A DNA stretch of 64,000 nt from Welwitschia mirabilis (lineage: Eukaryota): contig JBOZIK010000001.1 of the NCBI GenBank assembly GCA_051453625.1, positions 29,013,138 through 29,077,137 of the forward strand. Reading direction: 5' to 3'. The number at the start of each line of letters is the position of its first letter. The stretch's first letter is position 1. Under the pieces are notes generated by a model, which saw only the letters and a list, made by a program, of their open reading frames with translations, was not told the origin of the DNA and made no database searches. This document shows positions 38,801 through 51,511 of the stretch, piece by piece. A program made the position numbers and the translations under genes.

Positions 38801-41643
38801 GATAAAGATCTAAGGCCTGATGGTTTTTCCTCTAAATTTTATAAGTCAGCATGGAATATCATAGGTAATGAAATATCTACAGTAGTGAAAAAATTTTTCA
38901 AAGACTCTAAAATTCCTCGTAGTATTAACTCTACGGTTATAGCTTTAATTCCCAAGTTAAGCGTTCCCAACTTAGCCTTAGATTATCAGCAGATAGCATG
39001 CTGCAATATTTTATACAAAGTAATTTCTATGATTATAGCAAACAGACTAAAGGTCATGCTAGGTGATATTATTTCTGATAATTAAGGGTCTTTTATTCCA
39101 CACAGAATAATTATCCATAATATCTTGCTTACTCAAGAATTAGTTTAGCACTATGTAAGAAAGAGAATTAGCCCAAGAGGTACTATAAAAATAGATCTAA
39201 AAAAGTTATGATTTAGTATCTTGACAGTACTTGTTCAGTTTTCTAGATAAAATAGGCTTTTCTTATAAGATCATAAAGTGGATAATAGTGTTTGTTTCCT
39301 CCACTTTCTTCTCAATTCTCATCAATGGAGAGCTCATGGGATACTTCTAAGGAGAAAGAGTTCTAAGACAAGGAGACTTATTATCCCCTTATCTTTTCTG
39401 CATTACCATGGAATATTTGTCGAGATGTCTGAAGAAGTTGTCTTGTAATCCAGACTTTAGGTTTTACCCTAAATGTAAAAAATTGTAGATTAATCACCTT
39501 TGCTATGAAGATGATCTTTTAGTGTTTTTCAAGGCCAAAAATAAATCTATAAGTTTGCTAAAACAAGTTTTAGACCATTTTTAGCTGGTTTCAGGTCTTG
39601 AGAAAAACTCATCTAAAAGTAGAGTGTTTTTTTTGGGTGTACAACCCAAGACGACAAAACAAGATTCCTTCAGATGTCAAGATATATAGAGGGATTCCTT
39701 CCAGTTCAATATCTAGGTATACTCTTAATGCAAAGAAATTAATAAGCACAGAGTGCCTTCCTATCATTCTCAGAGTAACTCAAAGTATAAGGTCTTGGAC
39801 TACAAAATTCTTATCTTATGTAGGTCAATGTGTGTTAATTAAAGCTATGATGCAATCAATTTCATCTTTTTGGGCTAGAATTTTTATCCTACTAAATAAA
39901 GTGCTCCATGAAATCAATGCCCTATGTAGGAATTTTTTATGGACAGAAAGGTCCGAGCATTCAAAAAAAGCCCCCATTGCCTAGTTCCAATTAATAAATT
40001 CAAAAAAAGCTGGAGGATTGGGTTTTACTAACTTCATTCTAATGAATAAAGCTCTAATTGTGAGTTAGCTTTGGGATTTAGCTCTCGAAAAAGAATCATT
40101 GTGGGTAAAATGGTATCACAAATTCTATTTTAAAGATGTGAATATTTTGCAATACCAAATTGAGTATAAGACTTCTTGGATTTTTAAAAAAATTTTAAAA
40201 CTTTATCCTCTTTTGAGAGACTTTGTGTCGATTTCAGATGATGCTCTAGTTTGGAAAGATTCATGTATTCTAGTCTTCACGTCTTTGGCCTATCACAGAT
40301 TAAAGGGAAACCCCCTGAAATGGGAATGGTGGGCTTAGTATGGAATAGATTCATGGTTTTAAAGTTCTCCTTTATTACCTGGCTGGCTTGCAATAATAGA
40401 CTAGATACTAAAGTTAGAATCAGCAAATTTGGAATTTAAACAGACTCACTATGTATTTTCTGTGGTTTAGAAATTGAAACAAGAGAACATATTTTCTTTG
40501 AGTTCCCCTCTTGTGCTCACCTCATAACTTCTGTTCTTAGCCAAATAGGGCTAAGTCCTATCATGAAAAGAGATCCTTAGTTGGACAAAATTAAAATTCA
40601 GTTCCAGTAATACGCAACACAACATAACAAAATTTCTAATAACAGCTTGTGTCTATCATGTTTGAAAAGCAAGAAGTGAAAAGATTTTCAAATATAAAAC
40701 TTTCCTTCCCTAGCAAGCTACCAAAGAAATCAAAGTTCAGTTGTTATTTAGGATGGTGGAAATTAAGTAAATAAAAGATTCTAAAAAAATAGAAGGTGGT
40801 GTAAATTTCTTGGCATTTTGCCCCAGTTATTATCAAAAGTAGTTCATTTTGATGTGGATGTGTAAGTGACGGTGCTGGCTATGTAGGGGCTTCTTGAGGA
40901 GGTCCATACTGTTTTGACCAAGTATTCTTGCTATTTATGGGTTTATGTTTTTCTATTTATTTGTAATCTAAGTTTCTGTTTCTCTATGTTAGAGACTAGT
41001 AAGAGTTTTTGCAATGTTTAAAGTATCAGATGATTCAAAAGTCAAGTTAGAACTAGTGATAAGTAGGTCTATTATTAGGCTCTCATGTATTACTTTATTC
41101 TAGAGGAATGATCTCTTAGTTAGTCTCTCAGCATATTGGAGGGCTTCTCAATCAGTCATGATTACCCATTACCTCCCAGATTTTTCGCTATATTTGTTAA
41201 TAATTGGATTTTAATCCTAGCTTGAGATGAAAAACAAAGATGCCTCTGAGGGTGGTCCTATCTGAGATGGTACTATAACATTCCTTTGGTGCATACAACA
41301 TTATTTTGGCTAGTCTTCAAAATGATAGTCTAGTTTGTCACTGGCTGAGAAATTAAAAGAAAGCTTGTATGTCATCTCCAAGTAAGGATGCTTTAAATTT
41401 AGGTAGTTTTACTCTACCCAGGTTTTTTCAAAGTTATAATTTTTACACCTAAAAAAATTCCTATGTTGGGTCCTCGAGACCCTCTATGCTCTGGGTTTTA
41501 ATTTAAAGTCTTTTATGCTAGATCCGGCTCAAAGAACTTGTCTAGCCTGAGATTTTTCTCACATTCATATTCTATGTAAGTGTTGTAATTCTATTATATT
41601 AGAAATGAAAGTCCTAAAAAAACTTCATTCAAAAAAAAAAAAA
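35895..41643 (+). mobile_element. Near-full-length decayed L1-clade LINE
   Basis: ORF1 35982-37441 (MDSKEN...SWVEILANNR, WENTLIGFV, FLFKF, RICVEI, YEWMPSKC); ORF2 from 37441 IKIVASNIRGLN, RT LRQGDLLSPYLF and HLCYEDDL, zf-RVT about 40450-40520; about 0.9 kb 3' UTR; A13 tail. Confidence 0.95.
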
Positions 41644-42099
41644 GTTATAAGCTTTTTGAGATAAACAAAGTTATTTCTTAAAATTCATCTAAGATAAAAA
41701 TTTTGAGCTTTTGAGGAATGGAAAATACCACCTAATTTATTTCTAGAAATTTTAATATACTAAAATATCCTTAAAAATTCCAATAAATATTAGGTAATTT
41801 GGAAACTAACTTGTGACATAAAAGGCATTGATTGCTAAATTTATTTAAAGCATATATGAAATAAATTTTAAAATTGTTGAAATTAGAAGTAATGATAGCC
41901 TAAACTACTTGTTGCTAATGATATTGACCATATGATTGAAGAGATTTCTTTCATCTTAGATGAATAATTATATTAATGTCCTTACTCTTCTAAATAATAA
42001 ATAGAATTATGAAAACTATAATGTTACATTTTACCATTTTAAGATCATTTAATTATAAATAGAAACATTTTAATATTATGCTAGAATCAATTAGAGTAA

Positions 42100-42522
42100 C
42101 AAGAAATAATTCTAAAAAAGATGGACTTTATTATTAATAACAACAAATTACATTCATTATCATTATCCATTACCCCTACACTAGTGGTTAAAGGTAAAGA
42201 CATGGACTAGGAACTTAGTCGTTCTCATGGAACCCTTAGGGGCCAACCAAGATCATCATCAGTTACATCCACCTATTCTATCCATCCTCACCTAATGCAA
42301 TAAGCTTAAATAACATAATGAAAGGACATAATTTTATACATTTGGGTCATGCTTATTTATAAAAGTTTATTAATCATAGTCATTTAGTACCTTAATAAAA
42401 TTATTTATAAATAGTAAATTTAGAACATTACATTTCCTCCCCCTTAATTATCGTGTTCATCCTCAAGTGTGGTTCCTACTCTTCTCATGCCATCTATGTA
42501 GGAATGATCATTCAAATTATTT
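42100..42522 (-). mobile_element. 3' end of a Ty3/gypsy (chromovirus-like) element: integrase tail, PPT and LTR start
   Basis: Minus strand cacttgaggat (HLED)...TTAAGGGGGAGGAAA|TGTAATG with the LTR starting at 42432; truncated by the gap; left boundary uncertain. Confidence 0.6.
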
Positions 42523-42622
42523 NNNNNNNNNNNNNNNNNNNNNNNNNNNNNNNNNNNNNNNNNNNNNNNNNNNNNNNNNNNNNNNNNNNNNNNNNNNNNN
42601 NNNNNNNNNNNNNNNNNNNNNN
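42523..42622. other. Assembly gap (100 N)
   Basis: Run of N. Confidence 1.
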
Positions 42623-43385
42623 ACTTAAAAATAACTTGTACAAAATTAAATTTAAAAATGAAAACTAATATCTAGATATAAAAATAAAGTATTTACAAAT
42701 ACATCTGCAAGGAAGAAAGTAGGAATTATAAATGAAGGTTTGTATATAGTACATACTATACTATAAGAGGAGATGAAAGACCTTACAGGTATACATGTGT
42801 TGTTAAGATTCCTTAAGATATTTCTTGCTTTTGCAACCCATTCAATCAAGGAATTTACTTTTACTTAGCATTATTCTTACTTTATTAATAATAAAACTCT
42901 ATATACACTTAAAACTTCTAATAGGTAACTCTTTCAGTTTAATTCTTATCATGAAATTTCCCTTTGATTTATAGTAAATCTTAACAACAAATCTTTATAG
43001 CTTAATTTAATCCTTATCATTTTTATTTCCTAAAGATAAAATCATAAATCTTAGAAACTCTATACAGTTATAGAAAATAGTACCTTGCATCTCTTCCCTC
43101 CCCCCTTCCCACCTCCTCCACACCTCCTACATTTTTTTTTTTTGGTTAATGATACACATTAAATTTTTTTTTCTAGTCATACCTCATGTTATACAAATTG
43201 AATATAGCTTACCACATAAATTAAGTATCAAATCTAATCTATAATAGTTATCCATGTACACTTCCACAAATACTTTCTGAAAATGGAAGGCATTTTAGAG
43301 TCCATGGTAAGTCTTGGCTAAATGAATCATTGCTATGAGCTTTAAGCAAATGACTATTACAATAAATTTTAAAATTAATAGTTTT

Positions 43386-43565
43386 GTGAAGAGTATGAAC
43401 CTATGAAAATAGATGAACAACATTGTAAAGAATATAAGCCTATATAAATAAATGAACATCTTTGTACATAGTATGTACTTATGGAAATAGATGAAGAGTT
43501 TATGAGGAATACAACTTGATGAAAATAGATGACTTTTATGAAGAAACAAGGATGGAAATAGATGT
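43386..43565 (+). repeat. 39-bp degenerate minisatellite (about 5 units)
   Basis: Recurring (at)gaaatagatga core; the first three units are exactly 39 nt apart. Confidence 0.75.
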
Positions 43566-45913
43566 CACGAATTCTATTTCAAAGATGTGAATATTTGGTA
43601 ATACCAAACTGAGTATAAGAGTTCTTAGATTTAAAAAAAAAATGCTGAAACTTCGTCCCCTTTTGAAAGACGTTGTGTTGATTTCAGATGATGCTCTAGT
43701 TTGGAAAGATTCAGGTATTCCCATCTCCACATCTTTAGTCTATCACAGATTAAAGGGAAACCTCCAAAAATGGGAATGGGAGGACTTAGTATGGGATAGA
43801 GTCATGGTTCCAAAGTTCTCCTTTGTTGCTTGGCTGGCCTATAACAATAGACTGGCTACTAAAGTCAGAATCTGCAAATTTGGAATCCAAACAAACTCAC
43901 TATGTGTTTTCTGTGATTTAGAAATTGAAACAAGTGAATATATTTTCTTTGAGTGCCCCTCTTGTGCTCACCTCATAAATTATGTTCTTAGTTAGGTAGG
44001 GCTAAATCCTATAGACAAGTCATGGAAAGGGATCCTTATTTGGATAAAATCAAAATTCAGGTCTAGTAATATGCAACATAGCATAATAAAATTTCTAATA
44101 ACAGCTTGTTTCTATCATGTTTGGAAAGCAAGAAACAAAAAGATTTTCAAACATAAGCCTTTCCTTCCCTACTAGGATACCAAAGAAATCAAAGTTTAAT
44201 TGCTATTTAGGCTGGTGGCAATTAAGCAAATGAAACATTCCCAAAAAAATAGAGGGTAGTGCAAATTTCTGGGCATTTCGCCCAAGTTTATTAGTAAAAG
44301 TAGCTAATTTTGATGTGGATGTGCAAGTGGCAGTGCTGGCTGTGTAAGGGCTTCTTGAGAAGGTCCATTCTATTCTGACTAAGTATTCCTGTTGTTTCTG
44401 GGTTTATGTTTTTCTTTTTTTTTTTTTAATCGGAGTTTCTGCTTCTCTATGTTGGAGACTAAGTAAGAGTTTATGTAATGTTTAAAGTATCAGATGATTC
44501 AAAAGTCCAATAAGAAGTAGTGATAAGCAGAGTCTATTATCAGGCTCCCATGTATTACTTTAGCCTAGGGGATTGGTATTTTGATCAGTCTCTTAACAAA
44601 TTAAAGGCATTTTCAATTAGTCATGGTTAGCTATTACCTCTCAAAGTTTTCACTGTCTTTATTAATAGCTGGATTTTCAGTCTAACTTGAAAAGAAAAAC
44701 AAAGATGCCTTTGAGGGTGGTCCTTTCTGAGATGGTGCTATAACATTTCTTTGATCCATATAGCATTATTTTGACTAGTTTTCAGAATTTAGGCTAGTGT
44801 ATCACTAGCTGAGGAGTTGAAAGGAAGCTTGTATGTCATCTCCAAGTGAAGCCGCTTTATCTAGGCAGTTTTTCTCTATCCAGATCCCTTTTTCCTTGGT
44901 ATACACATCAGGCTCGCTAGTCGATTTCATTTGATTTTCTTGGCAAACTAGAAGTAAATTAGTTGATCATTTAATAGATTCATATAAATCTTGTGTCTGT
45001 GTCAGTTAATGGCACTGTTAGGAGCAGGTTCTCCTTACTAGAAGATGGTACCTCAACTTGCTATATATCTGCTTTTCACAGCCTAGTAAACTTAGAAGGG
45101 TAAGCTCTCCATATAGCTTACTTCTTACTGCTCTTAGATGGGTATCAAGACACTCTACAGTTTAGGGGTCTGATCTCTAAGATGAGAAATGCATCTGACT
45201 GAGATGTAGCAATAGTTTAGCTTGTTTGTGAAGCTATTTTTTTTCTATTGTTTTCTTGATGCAGTTCTCCCTTGTGCATCAAGCATATTTGGCTATTGTA
45301 ATGTGCCTTTTTGATAATTTATATACTGTTTGTATTATTTATGGGATGGAGATAAGTTATCAATAACAAGTTTGAACTCTAAGTCCTTGATCATTGCAGG
45401 GCTCTCCTAAATGTGTAGGTTTTCAATAGTAATAGATATCAAAGAAATTCAACTAGGCCTTTAGACGCAGTAAGCAATAATCAATATCAGCAGTGGCTTC
45501 CTGTGATGTATCAGATGTTTTCTTGGTTATACTATCTCGCATATCCATGTAGCAGTACTAAACTCTTATTACCTATTTGTAAGTATCACTATTTAAGGGG
45601 AAGACAAGAGGCCTCCCACCGTCTAAACCTAATAGCAGAGCTTAGAACTACTCTAATTTGAATGCTCTCTCTCTCTAGTTTTCAATTTTAGTTTTGATTC
45701 CACAGGTCAACATAGTAGACTGTGGTCTTCTACATTGGATCATTAGACCTAATTTGATCTAGTGTTGATATATTTTGTAATAGACTAAGCCTAGATAGTA
45801 TTTTCTATGTACTAGCTAGTCCAGTTTGGTGAATTTCTCACCTTAGTTTTTGTATGAGTTGAGCTTTTGAAAGAATCAGAAATGAAAGTCACCTAAAAAT
45901 TCATTTAAAAAAA
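43565..45913 (+). mobile_element. 5'-truncated L1-clade LINE, same subfamily as 35895-41643
   Basis: 43565-44880 aligns closely with 40115-41420 (zf-RVT CVFCDLEIETSEYIFFEC); ends AATGAAA...TTCATT plus A7. Confidence 0.93.
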
Positions 45914-45930
45914 TGATTCATAACAAAATA

Positions 45931-46341
45931 TAAGATTTTTTAAAAAGAAAAGAAAATCAAGAGAATGCTATCAAAATATTTTTAAAGATTTATAATGCAA
46001 TGATATAATTAAAAAGATAAAGGTAAAAAATGATTATGGTGGTAAAGTTACAAGATATTAAAAAAGGAAAATAATGTTGAGAAAATTATTCTTCTAATAT
46101 AATCCTTTCATTAAATTATCTACATTTTACTACTCAACCTCTTTAACTAAACATGATGAATAAGAAAATTAAGATATTTAGAAAAGAAAAGAGAACCAAG
46201 AGAATGTTGCTAAAATATTTTTAAAGATCTATTATGCAAAGATGTAATTGAAGAAGTACAGGTAAGAAATGATTATTCTAGTATAGTTATAAGAGATTAA
46301 AAAAGAAAAATAACATCAAGAATGAGAAAATTATTCCTCTA
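45931..46341. repeat. Diverged direct repeat (about 165 bp, period about 239 bp)
   Basis: aaaagaaaaga..caagagaatg...aaaatatttttaaagat...gagaaaattattc occurs twice. Confidence 0.8.
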
Positions 46342-46959
46342 TGCAATAATAAAAATATTTAGTTTGAATTTAAAGAATCATACTGATACCTGAAGAGATA
46401 ATATTCACATCAAAAATTAACATTACAAATAAGTATATTTAAGTATTTTAGATCTAATAAAGACATTAAAATATTTATTCTATCATAAAATTATGTCTTC
46501 AACCATTAGTTACATCATTTCTAAAATTATGAATTTTTTCCTAACATTTTAATATCAATTTCTATCTTCTAAAAAAAACACTACAAAATGAAGAAATGCC
46601 ATGAGAAAATACTAGCTCTACCATCTAGGTCACTAATGCCATTAGTCATTCATGCCACAATTAGTCTTAAGTGATATTCTTACATTGGTATAGAAATTTC
46701 ATCATATTCTAATTACAAGATTAATCAGAAACTAAATTAAATTGGTGTTTTCAAAAGCAACTAACCAACTATGTGAAATACAAAATAAAAAAACCAGATA
46801 TTTCAATAATGTGCACAGCACCAATTGTAAACTGATAGCATCAACTATGAACTCACTGAATTGTCCTAAGTACTACTTAATGTGATGTGGTAGTGCAATA
46901 GAATTGGAGCACCCTAGTGACTTAGAAGTTTCCCATATTACTAGACTATATATATAGAA

Positions 46960-48700
46960 ATAAGGTGGGATAAATGTTGGGTGGGGGTACTACCTACCAA
47001 TTCCTACATTTTGTCACACTTGCTATGTGAACCAAGGCCCATGTATGGGTCCACACCTAATTAATAACACAAGATGGGCTAGTCTAAAAGGGATATGGAA
47101 TGATCCATATGAGTGATGGAGTGGGCAAAGACAGTTATCCAAGAACAAGTACTGATATTATCAAGTGACAATTGGGTGCTCTACATGTGACTTTTCAATG
47201 ATTCATATTCCAATGACATTCTATGATTAAGTGTCAACATGAATCCTATACATAAAGGGATTATGACATCAATAACATGAGGTTGATGAAGCCCTAGTGG
47301 AGGATCACTCCCTCTATTTTGTAGACTAGGATCATGATATATGCACACAAACAACTCTTTTTTTTTTGAATGAAAATTTAGTGAATTTTATTGCTGGAAA
47401 CTTAAAAGTATAACTCATACAAAGACATGGGGAATATCATCATCAGGTTGGGACAACTGAAGCCTAGAATACATCACTGCTGATACAAAAGCACGGACCT
47501 GGGATGGCATGCATCCCTTTGAATACCTAAGGATATAAAAATATTCCAAACATTTTTAGATAAGGTTTCTAAAATTGTATACATATAGTAACAACTGAAG
47601 AGACTATAAACTATACCCAAGTAAGGGGGGCCACATGCTATCTACTCCTTAGTCTTCCCAGATTAGAACCAAAAGTTGGAAATACCTGAATGACATTGTC
47701 TCTGCCTAGTTTAGAGCAGTTTATAAACTAGTATGGTATTTCCTAGAAAGGAAGCAGTCTGCAATACCAGTCCTCACTCCAAAGGACTGGGAGAATCCAA
47801 ATTTCTTTTGGAAAGCCATTCTACTCCTCTCCTTTGGGATCTCTATGTGAAAATACAAGAGGACCTAGAGACATCATAGACTAAATATTGAGCTATAACA
47901 TTTGGCCAACTAGCTTTCAGGAATGGATCCACAAAGGACCATCCCCAGGAAATTGAACACTTATTCTATAGACAAAAATATTCCAGGCCTAAAAATCTAC
48001 AAATACCTCTGCACAGTATTCTGTCTGATTAATCATTCATTAAAGAGATGAGCTATAAGCACATTAAGAGAGGCCATTCATATAGCATATCTCAGTCATC
48101 TGATTATACTAGAATGGGGTTATATCACCTCTACACATACTCCCAAGCCCAGTGATGTTAGGGTGTAAGGTAGGCTAATCAAGTTCTAATGATGATATCT
48201 TCATTATGTTGATTTTGGAGTTGTGATACCTCTATGTAACTAATAATGGCTATAAGGGATATTGATCCACTATTATTTGAGGATTCGCCTTTATTGTTGT
48301 GTAACCACACTGGGCTATCTTTCTCTAAAAGCTTCATTTGCCAGACTAGCTATCACCCATAGGTTGGCTTAGTTACCTAGAGGGGTTTACTGCCTTATTA
48401 TATACATTCCATGGCATGACCTATACTAACCTGAAGGTTGAGGATAAATAGTAGGCTTGAATGAACTCAACCTTATAAAGCAACCTGAGGGACTTTCTTC
48501 TTAATCCACACTAGCTCTTACATGCAGGCAGAAGCTCACACCTGCTTAGGATATCATCTCAAAACCATATATTTCATTTTATCTAGTATGGTTATTCTAA
48601 GGGACAAGATGACCTTGCACTACATTAAATGCCTAGCCCATGTAGGTAAGGTAATTAATTAGCTGTGTTAGCTTTATCACCTTAATCATCATCTTTGATG
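46960..48700. mobile_element. Unclassified insertion (LTR-like) within the 5' LTR of element A
   Basis: Sequence absent from the corresponding 3' LTR; begins near TGTTGGG at 46975 and itself carries a LINE tail. Confidence 0.45.
47358..48120 (-). mobile_element. 5'-truncated LINE (3' UTR and tail only)
   Basis: Minus strand ends tttgtatgagttatactt...AATAAAAttcactaaatTTTCATTc plus A10; 5' boundary uncertain. Confidence 0.7.
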
Positions 48701-51511
48701 ATACATGGTAGAGGCATAAAATGACATGTCACAATAACATGTGGAAATGATAAGTATGATCACATGGAGTACATATGGTAATAACATCAAATGGTAGTAG
48801 AATCATTACTAAGGATCATGTCATTACCAATTTTTATAAGTAAACAAAGAAGTTATCTTAAAAACTACATGATAAAATTTGTAACCTCTTCATAATGTAA
48901 CCACTCAAAAGTGTAATTCCTTTTATGAAACCACAAACAACCAGTACATGTGAAAGATGTCTAAGCCTTCCCTCATGTGTAAAATGTCCTTCAACCATTA
49001 TTGTAAAGGATATTTGACTAGAAAAACATGTTAGAAATACTTAGAGTATTAAGAAATTATGGCTTTCTAAGCACCTCTCCTGTGAGTGGACTTGTTCTAA
49101 GGCTAGTTTGAGAAGTCTGTTTTAGATTCATCATCTTTTTTTCGATGTAATGTATTTCTTGATTTAATATAATAATAAGTTGTTCATTTTTCAATCTCTA
49201 ATACAAATTGATATGGTACTTTTAATCCTTAAGTGAGAGTAAGTTATTAATTGCCATCATTATCGAATGAATTCTGTAGAGGTAACTATTGGTTATAGTC
49301 ACAATCATGTTATAGATCTTAGGTGTAGTTATCATTACTTTTTATATTCACAAAGTGTTGTAAAGGACCAAGTGACTATTGAATTCATCAACATTCATGT
49401 GGTAAATGAAATTATGCCGTCATGCCTAATCCATCACAACTTGATGATTTGACCATATGTTTCAAGAATTATAAGAAATTATTAGATAGAACTTGGGTTG
49501 TTGAACAAGCCAATCTAGGCCTTTGGAGCATGTTCCTTTTCCTACACCACCATTGAATTTTACCAAATTTCTCAAACTATTAATTTTAAATTTATTTATT
49601 TTTATTAAAATATTAAAATTATTATGTCATCTTTATTAATATTACCAAAAATATTTGTAAGGAAAAATGAAACTACATCCTTATCTAGTTTATTTCATGT
49701 TGTTATTTTACTAGAATGAAAAACATTGTTTGACCATAAATAGATATTTTGTATCATTGCTTGGGAAAATAGCACAATAGCATTTAAAAAGTTACATAAT
49801 TTTTATTTCTTAAATTTTTCTTTAAAATAGATTTTTAGTTTTCTAGTAGTTGGTATTCGTCCGTTTCTAGTGAAATCCAAACTAGTGCTTTTCTTTTTCT
49901 TTTGAGTGTTTATATTTTTTCTTTCTTTCCTAGGATTGGTACAAGTCCATTTGTAGTCATACTAGTTTGATTTATAGTTTTATTTAGTTTTTAAATCTAA
50001 TGTAAAACATATTTCTATATTTAAAATTTTGCATTATAGATATAATGATTTTTCTAAAGGTCATGACCAAAACTAAAATTGCAAAATGTGAAAAACTAAA
50101 CAAAAAATTTTTGTGCTTTTTAAAATTTTTATATAAGCTTTATTTTCATTAATTATTTCTTATTTCTATCCCCATTTGTATAATTTTCATTACAATTTTT
50201 AAAATGAAAAAAAAATTAGGATTTATTTCATTTCATGTTTTCTATTGTTTATGTTTTTTATTAAATTTTTCTACAACCTTGTAACTTTGAAATTTTTGTG
50301 TGAAAATTATGAACCTATGATTCTTTCCTAGAGTTGTAGCTATTAAACTAATTACCACTATCATGTTTCATAACTGATATCATTACCATTTTTTTGTAGA
50401 ATTCCCTAAAACTTAAACTAAACCTTCTTTAACTTGTTAAAATCCTGTCAGTCATATAGGCCATCTCTAAAACTTTCATGTCTTATATTTGAGATGAATT
50501 ATATTGATTAATTAGAAATTCTTTTAATGAAAATATGGATCCTAACATTGAAGGAAATGAAGAAGAGAGAATTCTTTCTAGAAATAAACCTCATGATAAT
50601 TCCCAAGAAGAACAAGCATTCAGCTTCTAATAATAAAACAAAAAAGCCTAATCCAATTTTTGCATCCTTTTAATGTACTGTGTTAAACTAGAAACTGATA
50701 GATAAGATACATGCCTACTATCTAGTTATGAAATGTCTCAAAACATTACCAATAATACATTATAAAATCAACCTAATGCTAACCCCCTTACATAAATCTT
50801 GCATGATTATCTACAACCCTAATGCTTAGGAAATTTATCATGCATAATCCAAATTAGTGACAATTAATAGAATAAATTTTAAGCCCTTCATAATTAATTT
50901 ATTATCCATTTCCATAGCTTAGAATTAGAAGATCTGTACCTACATCTCAAAGAATTCAAGTGTTGCATGCTCTCTATCTTATTATAATATCCCAATACTT
51001 ATGATATCATTAGACTTAATATTTTCTTATTCTCCTTAAGTAAAAGGTAAAATTTTTATTTAAACTCTTATCAATTATAACATGAATTGATTTAAACAAA
51101 GCATTTATTTTAAATTTTTCCTAAACCATAAGATGAATGCCTTAAGGTGAGAGATTATGAATTACTAACAAAAGGAGTGTAAAATGTTTTTGTAAGCCTT
51201 ATAGAGATGTAAGAAGTTATCTTAAAAATGTTCATAAAATGGATTTGAGTGAGGTAGGGAGATCAATTTCTTTCATGATAACTAATCTATCAATAATAGA
51301 TAGTTAGTTAAGATGGTGAGTAAAGACAGTTTTCTTAGGCTTTAACTACTTGATGTATGGGATTATCTTTAAATAAAGGCCAAAATCACTAGGAACTAGG
51401 AGAAATAAATTAAATCTTCTAGATCCTAGTTGTTTATTAGGTCCATAAACAATTTTAGAGTTGTTAATAACTTTGACATGGGAAACAACAATTTTAGAGT
51501 TATTAATAACT

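Noticed and set aside
35885-41655. Target-site duplication for the full-length plus-strand LINE (gttaagct versus gttataagct)
   Set aside because: Short, imperfect and AT-rich; cannot be distinguished from chance
42453-42668. ORF spanning the N run
   Set aside because: Artefact of the assembly gap
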